Source of the DNA: Octopus vulgaris
Lineage: Eukaryota
Direction of reading: 5' to 3'
Assembly (NCBI GenBank): GCA_951406725.2
Contig: OX597814.1
Span: forward strand, 55,428,001-55,492,000
Length of the DNA stretch: 64,000 nucleotides
Below the pieces are notes generated by a model. That model saw nothing but the letters and a program-made list of their open reading frames with translations, was not told the origin of the DNA and searched no databases. This document shows positions 51,320 to 64,000 of the stretch, piece by piece. The position numbers and the translations under genes were made by a program. Each line of letters starts with the position of its first letter. The first letter of the stretch is position 1.

Positions 51320-52438
51320 AGTATTCCATTATTAGTTACACACCATTGTACAATGTTGGCAATTTGACATGTAATCTTTGTATTATATAATTATTTCTAA
51401 ATTAATATCATTAAATTTTAATGGTAATTTAATTTTACAAAGAAATGCCACAAATTTCAGAAGGTATTTAAATATTTCAATTCTTAATTATAATAGCTTT
51501 TCATATAATATGTAATAAGCATAATTTTTCTAAAAAAAGTTTGGTATATTTAATAAATAGATAACTAAGTGTTGTGACATAGAATCTCTATGTTTGAAAT
51601 TGTCATAAAGTAGAATTCATTTGTTTATTTTCTATTCTTTCGTTGCCTACTGACATCACCAAAAGCTGAATACAAAAATAACTTTTCTTAGATTATATTT
51701 CTTCTTAACATTCTTTTTGGATGCATTCATGTACTTGAAATGTCTTCTTACTTTACTTTGAATTTAACTAATTTTAGATTGCCTTGAAAACATGTTAACA
51801 TGTATTTTTGGATATATTAAGCTGAATGATATTTTCTGAATATAAATATGTTGAATCAACAGAAATGATCGTTGGTTTTGTATGGTGAATTCTACAATTA
51901 AAAATGTGATTTTCTATATCTGTATTTTTGTTATATATATTTACACACTCTTGAGTGGAGTTGATGTTTTCAACTACCATGAATCATTCTGAAAATCAGT
52001 CTACTAGTCACCTTCTTGGTACCCTTGTATATATGGCTTTTCACGCACACATATATATGTATTTATATGTGCACTTTATATGGATGTTAATGTAATATTT
52101 ATTATATAACTAATGAGATTACAAAACAACTGTAAATGAATGGAATAAACATTTACTCTCTTACCTCACTTTCCTTAACTGTTCTCTTTCTCTATACATA
52201 CATACATACATATATACATACCCTCTCTCTCTTTCGGAGAGGCACTGAGCAGCTATACGCACATATACACACACTGCAGTAACTTCCACCTACCGAATTC
52301 AATCACAAAGCTCCGGTCGGCTCGGGGCTATAGTGGAAGACACTTACCCAAAGTGCCACGCAGTGGGACTGAACCCGAAACCATGTAGCTAGGAAGCAAG
52401 CTCCCTAACCACATATACATATATACACACATATACAT

Positions 52439-52474
<36 letters not shown>

Positions 52475-52663
52475 TGAATAATGAGAATGAGTGCTCAACA
52501 CGGCATTGGTGGATAAAGATTATTTGTGCATTAAGGCTAACATTGGTTTCATGTTAAGGAATATCTCAACAATTTTCAAACCTATCACATGGAAACATCA
52601 GTGTTTGTTTCCATTTTTGATTAAAACACCAAATAGAGATGAACACCAATGTTTGAAATTTGT

Positions 52664-52713
52664 TAATGTATTCCTTAACATGAAACCAATGGTTGCTTTA
52701 ATACACAAATAAA

Positions 52714-52757
<44 letters not shown>

Positions 52758-52805
52758 TTTATTTGTGTATTAAAGCAACCATTGGTTTCATGTTAAGGAA
52801 TACAT

Positions 52806-52807
<2 letters not shown>
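52664..52807. repeat. Perfect 144-bp palindrome centred on (TA)21
   Basis: 51-bp arms (52664-52714 / 52757-52807) are exact reverse complements. Confidence 0.95.
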
Positions 52808-52848
<41 letters not shown>

Positions 52849-55042
52849 ATATATTTATGTCATTATCATCATTTTAACATCCACTTTTCCATGCTTTCAT
52901 TGGTAGGTTGGAATTTGTTGAAGCAGATTTACTATGGTGATATGTCCTTCTGTTGTCAACCCTAACCTGTTTCCAAGTAAGGTAATATTTTCCCATAGCC
53001 AGGCATCTTTTTACAGAATATTGGAAATGAAGGATACCACTTGCATGACTATGATACTTATTTACAACTATCATGCAACATCTACAGAAGGAGACAGTAA
53101 CACACACTTACACATAGACACACACATATACACATGTATGTAGAAAAGTGAACATTAAATGATGATGATTATGATATATATAGATCATATATGCGCACAC
53201 CCGCACACACACACACACACACACATGCATGAATCATATATAAGTATGTAATATCTATCTATCTATCTTTCTAGATATATATATATATATATAAATGATA
53301 CATAAATGTATGTGTATATTTTATATGTGATATTTTAAAATATATATATATATATTAATGTCTGTTCTTTAGTGATAATAAAAACAATTTTACATTAATC
53401 TAAAGTGTTACTCACACCTTTATAGAGCAGAAATTTATTATTCTTTAAAAGAATAATAATGAAAGTAACTTGGAAGTTTTGGCTGGTTAAGCAGGCACCT
53501 GTGCTGGTAGCACGTAAAAAGCACCCACTACACTCACGGAGTGTCTGGCGTTAGGAAGGGTATCCAGTGTAGAAACATTGCCAGATCAGACTGGACCTGG
53601 TGTAGCCTTCTGGCTTCCCAGACCCCAGTTGAACTGTCCAACCCATGCTAGCATGGAAAGCGGACTCTAAACTATGATGATGATGATATATATGAACACT
53701 TACAACACATCTTTACCTCAATTTATACTTAGATATTTATTACTTTTGTTATATATGTTGTTCAAAGTAATTAATGTATGATTAATGTTTAATGTCTTTC
53801 AGTACCCCAACACAAATATCAGGAACAAAGAAATAACCATACACATATGCACATGCCTACATGTATGGTGTAGAATATAGCTGAAAGTGTTTGAATGGAA
53901 GTATGCCTATATTCGTATATCACAGAAATGTTCATTTACACATTTGCTTAAAATACAATAAATAACAACTTTGATAATATTTATTACTGAAATCATGGTT
54001 TATTTAATTTGTGACTAGATTATATTATTAAAAATAAGTTGAGAATGAGTTACCATATTTTCTAGACCATATATTCAATTTTTATTGGCATTTTTATTTA
54101 AAAAATATGTTTCATTTACTTTGAAGTCTTTTGGTAAGATGTAAAAATTATGTCTTCCCATTGCATATTTGTAGTCAATCATCTATAGAATTATTTACAA
54201 CTGTTATAATGTTAGCAACGTAGTCATTGTTTAGCAATGATGTTAGCAAAGTAGTTATTGATTTTCCTAAATGGTGAGTAAATTATAAATATATGCACAC
54301 TAAAGACTTCATTTTTATTTATTGTTTTAGCACATCTCTAAAGATAATTGTCATTTGAATTTTTTCATGTGATTTTTTATTTTAAATGTTGGATTATATA
54401 TAGGGTCTACTGAGCAGAAGTTTTCTTTATCCCATTCAGTGGTATGGTTATGAAAGACATACTGTGTAAGTACATGGTTATCACCTGTTCAAATGTGCTT
54501 GGGGTATATTTGAAGTTGTAAGAAAGTCATTCCCTGTGTTTTGTCAAGGAGAAAGTAAAATTCAAATATATTTCTCTACACAAGTGTCTGATATATAATT
54601 TAACACTTTAGTTATTATATTTCTATTGAAATACACTGCCTTTGGTTCAATCTATTTTGACAATAATGAAGAATTTAGTAAATTGTCATTGTTATTATTA
54701 AGCAAAATGAAATTTTGACAGGTCTTAATTAATATCATTTCAAAACAAGAAATTTGTATTATAGAACCAGGTGCAGTTTCACATGCATCGGTATTAAAAG
54801 GATTAAATATTAATTTCTTTTCATCAGATAGTATGCCATCTTTTGCAAAGGGAAGCAATATAGTCAATTAACTCTAGACCATTACTGATAATTATTTAAT
54901 CAATTCTGGAGAGATGAAGCCCAAAGTCGACTTTAGCAGGATTTTGACTTACAGTTATTAGATACTGTACTAGGTATTGTAAACAATCAATCAGGTTGAT
55001 TATTGGAACACAGCAAAACTTAACATACTAAATTATGTGATC

Positions 55043-55212
55043 CAGAGCTGTCTTAGCAACATTACAGACCCATGGGCAAATCATTGCCCTGGGTCCTATA
55101 GTATTTAATTATTGACAGCAAGCCACAGCATACATAGATTAGAATTGGGCACTTAACATATGCACCCCACCCTAACAACTACTCAGTCTGCCCATGCATT
55201 AAAACAGTTCTG
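55043..55212. mobile_element. hAT-like MITE
   Basis: TIRs CAGAGCTGTCTTA / TAAAACAGTTCTG; degenerate 8-bp TSD ATGTGATC / ATATAATC. Confidence 0.6.
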
Positions 55213-55999
55213 ATATAATCTTTTATATGGTTAAACACAGCAAGTTTAGTTTCATTTAGCTAAACATTAAGATGTAAAGTAAGCAATACCCAGAAATATA
55301 CTAAAGCATCAGCAAACTACAAACAGTTTATACAACAAAAGAAAGCAAAAGAGAATATAAGAAATGGAGGCTAATGCTTAAGATTGAAATACAAAAAAAA
55401 AAAAAAAGAAAAAAAAGAAAATCAATGCAAACTTTAACCAATGAAATTCATTCAAAATTTAATGTGTTACATCTGTAGAAAGATTGAGAATTACATTTTA
55501 ATATATTCGCTGTGAATAGGAAAAAAATATCATTTACAGAAACAGATATTTAAAAATCTAAAATTTATACACAAACATGTTTTCAAAGGAAAAGAATATC
55601 CGTTAGTTAATTTGTAAATTCCTTTCTTTTTTTAAGTGTCATATCTTTAAAAAAAATACCTCTTAGAGAAAGTATTTTTTTTACTGCAGTGTACTTGTTT
55701 TTGAAATTTCAATACAAAATTGTTTCTAAAGGATAAGCAGGAATTATTGGTATTTACAGACTGTTACTAAGGCATTCTAAACATCATTGTTGATGAAAAA
55801 ATTGAGTTTTGAGAAGATAAAAATTCCTTGATTTCATTTCTGTGTAACATATATACAAGTCAGAATGTTTACATGTTACGAGAAGTACACATACACACAC
55901 ACACACACATACCACACCACACCCATGAAAATTGAGATACAGAAACAGTGATGATGCAAATGCACATCTATATTTGAAAGTATATAGATACATACATAC

Positions 56000-56068
<69 letters not shown>

Positions 56069-56550
56069 ATTATATAAAAGGGCTTAGTAAAATAAATTAC
56101 TTTGCCACATACTGAACTCATTAGAAATAGCAGCTAAAAAAACTTTTTTAAAACTATTTCTAATACTTAAAGAAAATCTCTCTCATATAGTGCTTGCTCA
56201 ATTGTTCTGAGCTGATGATAGAAATGTCGAGTTTGACTAATCTTGAAACGTACGTTCTCAAATAACCTTTGCATTTGATTTTTTAATGTCTTTACCCCCA
56301 TACTTTCGTGAGTTGAATTGAGCAAGCACTATATGAGAGAGATTTTCTTTAAGTATTAGAAATAGTTTTAAAAAAGTTTTTTTAGCTGCTATTTCTAATG
56401 AGTTCAGTATGTGGCAAAGTAATTTATTTTACTAAGCCCTTTTATATAATGTAATAATTTGAATTCACCTTAAATGGTCCCTTTACATACTGAACACTTG
56501 GTGAAATTGATTAATAATTAATTAATTAATTTTACCCTCAATTGTTGTAA

Positions 56551-56555
<5 letters not shown>
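56069..56555. mobile_element. Non-coding inverted-repeat element: perfect 135-bp arms (56069-56203 / 56316-56450) around a hammerhead-bearing spacer, flanked by (TA)n
   Basis: The arms are exact reverse complements by eye; 112-bp spacer; (TA)n tracts on both sides. Confidence 0.85.
56208..56260 (+). ncRNA. Type I hammerhead ribozyme motif with intact core
   Basis: TGAG-CTGATGA-[TAGAAATGTCGAGTTTGACTAATCTT]-GAAA-CGTACG-TT-CTCA: intact CUGAUGA and GAAA, palindromic stem III, GUU triplet; stem II is imperfect. Confidence 0.72.
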
Positions 56556-57256
<701 letters not shown>

Positions 57257-57317
57257 TATATATATGTGTGTGTATGTATGTATATATTGTTTCGAATTTG
57301 TGTGAATGTGTATAGAA

Positions 57318-57513
57318 TAATATATCAATTGAATAAAGTTAAAACATAGTCTGGTTTTCACATTTTTTATAATGGTATTTTAATATTAAAAAAAATATTT
57401 TGTAATGCTAATTTAACTTTATGAGCATTGCAAAATATTTTTTAATATTAAGATACCATTATAAAAAATGTGAAAACCAGACTATGTTTTAACTTTATTC
57501 AACTGATATATTA
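57318..57513. repeat. ~196-bp near-perfect hairpin
   Basis: ~90-bp arms with about 3 substitutions and a small indel; short loop. Confidence 0.9.
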
Positions 57514-57577
57514 CACATACATACATACATACATACATACATACATACATACATACATACATACATACATACATACA

Positions 57578-57608
<31 letters not shown>

Positions 57609-60600
57609 GTATGTATGTATATATACTCCAATTCAAGTAATCATATATACACACACCACGCACAGTTGAGGTAAAAATGTCCATGGAAGAACTTATATTA
57701 AGAAACAAAATTAGTAAATGAACTAATAGTTAAGACATGAGAAGAAAACATAAACAAAAAGTAACTCCCTGTTTAACAGTCATAAATAAATACAACTGTT
57801 AAATGACTGTTTAATGGTCAGTTATTAATTTCTAGTTCCGGCACAAGGCCACAAGGTGTAAAATTGACCTTGATTGGATTTGAACTCAGAATGTGAAAAG
57901 ATGTAACATAAATATCAGAAAATATTTATTCCAGCATTCTGCTGTTTCTGCCCCTCTATCACCATTTAACAGTTATTTATCAATAATCAAATTTTACTTT
58001 CTTTGCTGTATGCTGTAGCAAACTTTAGTTAATTAATTGCAATTAATGTAATCCTTTGTATGACTAGCATACAGCTCAGTAAGTATTTCAACTGCAATAA
58101 TATTTTATTTATACCAAATGTTTAACCACTGATTGAACATGTCACAGTTTGCAATACTTCACATAAATTTTTAACATTCTTATGGTTTATGTTTACATCC
58201 ATAAAGAATGGCTTTTAAACTCTATAGCAAATGGACTCTATACATAGTAGTTACTCTAACAATTGTCTTACATTCTTATTGCATGGCATAAAAAGAGACA
58301 ACCTTCCCCCTTTTATTTCTTTGATTATAATGAAAGCAGTGCAAGGTAAGGAATGAATAATGAATATTCAAAATGAAGATGGGATGAGAGAGTTTCCTTA
58401 AATTGTTGTAAAGCATTTATGAAAATAGGTGCCCTGCTTAATGGAATTATAAAATGAAACCATTGCAATAAGTTGGTTGAGATCAAGAATGATAGCCATT
58501 AGAGAACTATTTTAGTGATATGTGCTCTGGTTCTAAATGAAGCAACATTAGCAGTATTAACTGAATAATCACTTCACTATTGAGTTTGATTTTAATGTTG
58601 TGGAGCTGACTGGTTAAGTCCATGGTGTCAGCTTAAAACTTTTAGGTGTCAGAAGGAATATGTTTAAATACAAATGGAAAAAAAAAACCGAACCAAAATT
58701 CCATAGTTGTTGTGGTAGGGTGAAATGTAGAGTGAATGTACTTTCTATAAAAAAAAACACACAAACAATGATAGAATTAGTTCCGATTTAATTAAATTTC
58801 TAGGAATGAATTTGAAATATTTTTTAAATTTCAAATTTGTGATGTATTTATTGAAAGTATGACTGAGAAATGAAGCAGCTTCTTTGAAATTGCATCATTT
58901 TATAAAAAATTTAGGTTTTATTAAAAACATTCAAACATCTACATATAAAAATAAAGAAAAGAAAATAGTTCACACTCAAAATTAAGAAAACAACAATGAA
59001 AGCTGAGAAATTCCTGAAAAAATATTATTTGACATAAATAAAATGAAAAGAAATCAGCATTCAAGATGTTACATTGTGTAAATTATTTCTCCCATTGATG
59101 GAAATAATTATATTGAAAACTTTTCTGAGAGGAAAATATTTATTTGTATTTTTGAAAACATCTTATTTCTGTAATACATATCACAGTTCAGCTCCCATGG
59201 AAATCTTTTTCTTATTTCTTAGTAATTTCTTTCTTTCAATGGTTTTGAAGACAGCAATCTAAATAAACCAACCAAAGCTATAAGACCAAAGTAACTATTA
59301 CAAAGAGACAATTTGAAAATTTGTTTTGTAGCACATAATACAGATTTTGAGTTATTTTCTTTATATATATATATTCATAGTAATTCATATAATTTGAATT
59401 GCATTCATCATTTAAGGTTTTTAAAGTTATGTAATATCAAGAAACTTCTGGTTAACTTTCAAAAGTTGTATTTCCTTATATATTTGATGGACTTATAAAC
59501 CATGATATTTGTTGAAAAGGAAAAAATATACAATGAGCAAAAGTCATGTATGAACCAGAAATAAATAATTTTAAAATGTAATCAAATACAAAACAAGCAA
59601 AATAAATAAATGAAAATTAAAAAGTTTAAAGAAATATCTATCTATAATTTTAGTTTTGATTAAACATCAACCCTTACAAAAAAGAAAAAAAAAATCTTTT
59701 TTGGTAATGAAACTGATTTTAATTTAAAATATGTGCATACAGTGCTTATTTTTCACTAACCTTTCAAATGACCTCCTTTTAGAGTGCTAAGTTGATACTA
59801 CTGCAAAACTTTGCCTGTCATTTTAAAAGTAGTTATTAGAAAATTCTGAAGATTTAGAGGTATGTAGCAATATCATGCAGCAGTAGTTTGTTCTAAGCAG
59901 TAATGGGAGTTTATTTCATCGGATTCATTACCTAAGACACCAATGTGTAAAGGAAAAAAATTCAAAGAAATTTAAATTTACAGTTTAATGATTTATTTTT
60001 GGAAATAATGTTTTCAGAAAATTTTTCTTTTTAATTCTAATTCTTTTTTTAAAATGTAACTACTAAAAGGAAATGAACTGAAAAGTTTGTTTTAAAATTA
60101 TATAATTTTGTGGGGGAAATATTTCACAAGTGAAGTAAGTAAGTAACAGAAAAAATGATGTTTTGATTGATGCTCTTAATCAAAAATTTACTAAAATCTA
60201 GAAATACAAAGATAGTGGAAGGAAAGAAAATTGAAGAAATTCAATTTTTAACATTGAAACATCATTTATGCTAATTCTAGGTTCTGAACTTATGTTACTA
60301 AATTTGAAGACCCAACAGAAACAAGAGATGCCAAACTATAATTTATTATTCATAAAAACAAACTGATGTGATGTTTGTAAAGTAGGGAATACAATCTGAG
60401 AAAGATTCTTATAAGTAAATAGACCTTGTGATTTTATAGTAAATTTAGCTGAGCCTTTTCTCTCTAAAGATGTTAATAATATAATGGGGATTAACTGTGA
60501 ACAGTTAATCAAGTAGAGCCCTGGTATTTTAAAATTAAATATTTGATATAATGTGTTTGTATGTAAAAGAAATTATGATACATGTTACTATAAAATTATG

Positions 60601-62558
60601 GGTTTTTTGAAGATGTTAGACTACCTTTTTTATGTTTGTGGCATCTTGTTAAGTGCATCACATATATGAGTTAAAATTAGGGACATTTAACTTTTGAATT
60701 TCTTTCCTATGAGACCAATAAAACAAATACCAGTAATACACTATGTCAAGTCAATTAACAACACGTCTTTCTATCCATTAAAAAATACTCTTATTTATTG
60801 AATGAAATAAATCCTTATAACGAAGTAAAGTTTCACTTAGTAAATGAAATAAGCTATTTTAGTGCAGTGGTTCTGAAAATGCTTTCCAATTCTAGTGTTC
60901 TACAGAAATGTTGTTTGATTACGATAATGAAGTGCAACTAAAAAAAAAAACAGCAATTTAAAAGTAGCAAGATTATCTACATGTCTTTTGCATGTTTCTT
61001 TCATTTTCTATACTTCTCTCTCTCTTTCTTTCTCATTAATTAACTAAAATAGTAATGGGGGTAATTAAATTTTCACAAACCATTGTTTTAAACTTTGCCA
61101 AAGTTCCATATCTTCATGCTATGTATTTTGCTAGCTAGTGAGGATATGGAAAATTCTTAGATAACTGTTTTTCCATAAACTAGTTCAAAAGGAATTCATG
61201 TAAATTGATAGTTACCCCTTCTATATACCTTCTAATTAATGCATATCAACAAAATTAAAATATGAAATATATTTGCAATATAATACAATATTAATTATAT
61301 TGAGTTGTTTTACAGAATTAATAATAATATAAAAAAGCAAAAAGGCAATAAAAGTAAAACTATATATGTTAAATTAAAATGTTTGAATTATAACAACAGT
61401 TTTAAAAAGAAACTATCCAACATTTTCAATTATAGTTTAGAAGAATATCAACATATTTTGAACAATAAAATTCTATAATTTATTGAGTAGCATTGCAAAC
61501 AATAATTTTAAACTACTCCTGTATAGGAAATCCTTTTGTCATAAATACTGTAAGGTAACTAAATAAGGATAATACATGATGAGAGCTCACCAGTAAATTA
61601 GCACATTTCTTTTAAAGTATTTTTTCAGAGTATTTTTTAACTCCATAAAGGTTTATCATTAAATAAGCATAGGAAGATGTAAATTGAATATCTTATATTG
61701 ATAAACAAATTTAAAATTTTTAAACATTTTCTTACTTCGCATTGCTTTGAAGAGGATCCCTGCCAGAAATGTTAAAACTAAACTTTTCATGGCATACATT
61801 TTACAAATTACATTTTAAGTGCTTAATAATTTAATGCTAAATCAGGAAGAAAAATTCTATTAGAAGTTCAACATCCGAAAGAATTTCAAATGATATCAGT
61901 ATAATATTTATTTGAAATAAATCACATAGTAATTAGGACCTTAAATTGTTTATATTATTATGGATTCTATAATCATTTGCAACAGCTGTTTTCTTTCATT
62001 ATCATAGCTGTGTAGAGTGATGGATTTGAATTTTGTTTATTGTCCACTCCTCCCTCCCAATATTTTGATCAGTTTATCCTATCTGCTCACATTTCTCATG
62101 ATATGAGTTCAATTTAAAAATCATTTAGGTAAGTTAGCAATTTTTGAATCCATTTTTGTCATTGCATGGATTTGATATTGCTTTTCTGAATTCACAATTA
62201 GAACTTAAATAAAAAGATGAGGGTTTGATGTAAGAAAGAGTACACATCAATGAAATACCAGCCCCAGCTATTGAAATTTACAGACATATTTATTTTTTGT
62301 TGAAAACTTATGTTATTAAAGTACAGTGTAAATTTTGTTTAACAAAGGGTATATTTTCTAATATTTCAACCTTTCAATGGGAGAAGTCTTTATAAGATGT
62401 TTTGTTAAACTGTGTTTGTATGTGGTTGAAGAATTTGTTGTGCACACTTATTCATCATAAGAAATTCAATTATAACTTAATACACAATACATTTGATTTG
62501 AAAAGAATATAGGTAAAAAATAAGTCTAGGGCATCCGGTTTTTTTTAAAACTTTGTAG

Positions 62559-62559
<1 letters not shown>

Positions 62560-62598
<39 letters not shown>

Positions 62599-62689
62599 TA
62601 CATACACACACATATATATATATATATACACATATATATACACACATATATTTATATATATATATACATATATATTCATATATACATTT

Positions 62690-62734
<45 letters not shown>

Positions 62735-62739
62735 TATTC

Positions 62740-62777
<38 letters not shown>
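62560..62777. repeat. (TA)n/(CA)n microsatellite
   Basis: Directly visible. Confidence 0.98.
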
Positions 62778-62780
<3 letters not shown>

Positions 62781-64000
62781 ACAAAATGTAGCATTTCCAA
62801 AGATAAATAACAAATAAGAGACCTCCCAATCATTTTATATAATTGAAGTGCTGTGTTGGCTCAGCTGGAAGAATATAAAACCAAACAATTTGAGTAGTAA
62901 TAAGATAAAAATGCAACAGTAAGAGTTTATGGGACTATTTTAACTCATGGATTTCAATGAATTATTTAAATGATTTATGTATTTTACTTATTAAATATTG
63001 TCCATCAATATCAGGCATTGCTGAATATCTGAAAAGGCACGATTTATATGTAAATATAAAGAATATATGTAAATATTCTTCAATGATAGATTGACCAACA
63101 GAAGAATTAAAGCTAACCTAATTAATCATTGATTTGTATTAACCAAGTTTTGTCCATAAATTTAAAACAGAAACCATATATATATATATATATATTACAT
63201 ACACATAAATATGAAATGTAATTTAGAATTATTCAAATAATTTGAAAACTATTCAAATTTTTTAATTTAATGAAAATTATTATGAAATACGTTTATCATA
63301 AAAAGTAAAATATCAAGAAAAATAAATAAACAGTTACATGTTCATATCTTAGTTTGTTATTATTTTAAACTAAAATATTAAAATGCATTTTAAAATTTAA
63401 ACATTATACTTACATAAAGTCAATCATAACAGAATTTATTTTCCCTATAGTCTTTCATTAATAAATGCTGATATTTCTGACTTCTAAAATTTAGTGAGGT
63501 AGAATTTTAAAAAGACTAACTATAGCTTCTATGATGCTGAAAGTTGCTAATTTTTTTATGTTTTAGATTACTGATCAAAAGAACACCAAATAAGATGGAT
63601 GCCTGGTTTAGGAAATCTTCCTGAATACTAACTGGATGTTATTAGAACAGATGCTTTCCTAGATCTAAGACAAGAGGTTCTTGCAAATACTGCTAATACA
63701 CTTTATATTAATGTAAGAATAATTCATCAGTATTCAATATTTTTCTCAAAAACAATTCTAAATATAAAGGATGAAGAAATATCCTACAGAAAACCATTTA
63801 ATAAAGGGAATATCAAACAATCAACTGGGGAATGAAAAAAGTCAGCATCCACAGTTATCAAAAGAAGGGTTAAGTATTTGCCTTAAAATTGCATAGTCTA
63901 TAAATGGAAATAATTCAGTCTGTATATATTCCTTCTTTATCATCAGTGCTATGGACCACATAGGTTATAATTTTAACAGAAATCATATCTCATATGGTTA

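Overview
AT-rich, microsatellite-laden animal genomic DNA. The SINE, RTE and Penelope repeat repertoire points to an octopod cephalopod (inference). Host content: the last eight coding exons of a folylpolyglutamate synthase gene (FPGS, + strand, 5644-26125; earlier exons lie upstream of the window), all bounded by GT-AG and phase-consistent. A full-length Ty3/Gypsy (CsRn1-like) LTR retrotransposon (368-5245; 416-bp LTRs, GACT TSD, tRNA-Trp PBS, GGGAAAC -1 slippery site, apparently capsid-deleted gag) sits in sense orientation in an FPGS intron. The rest is TE debris: a Tc1 element, RTE/RTE-X, CR1-type, HERO and Penelope fragments, a Helitron, MITEs and tRNA-derived SINEs. The most notable unannotated signal is a set of short non-coding elements at (TA)n tracts, several bounded by inverted repeats, that carry type I hammerhead-ribozyme motifs, most with a palindromic stem III (11106, 23680, 35778, 37566, 45520, 56208). 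One of them lies in a ~640-nt intronic fold-back whose arm differences strongly favour G-U pairs on the FPGS sense strand. All alignments and folds were done by eye; no database searches were run.
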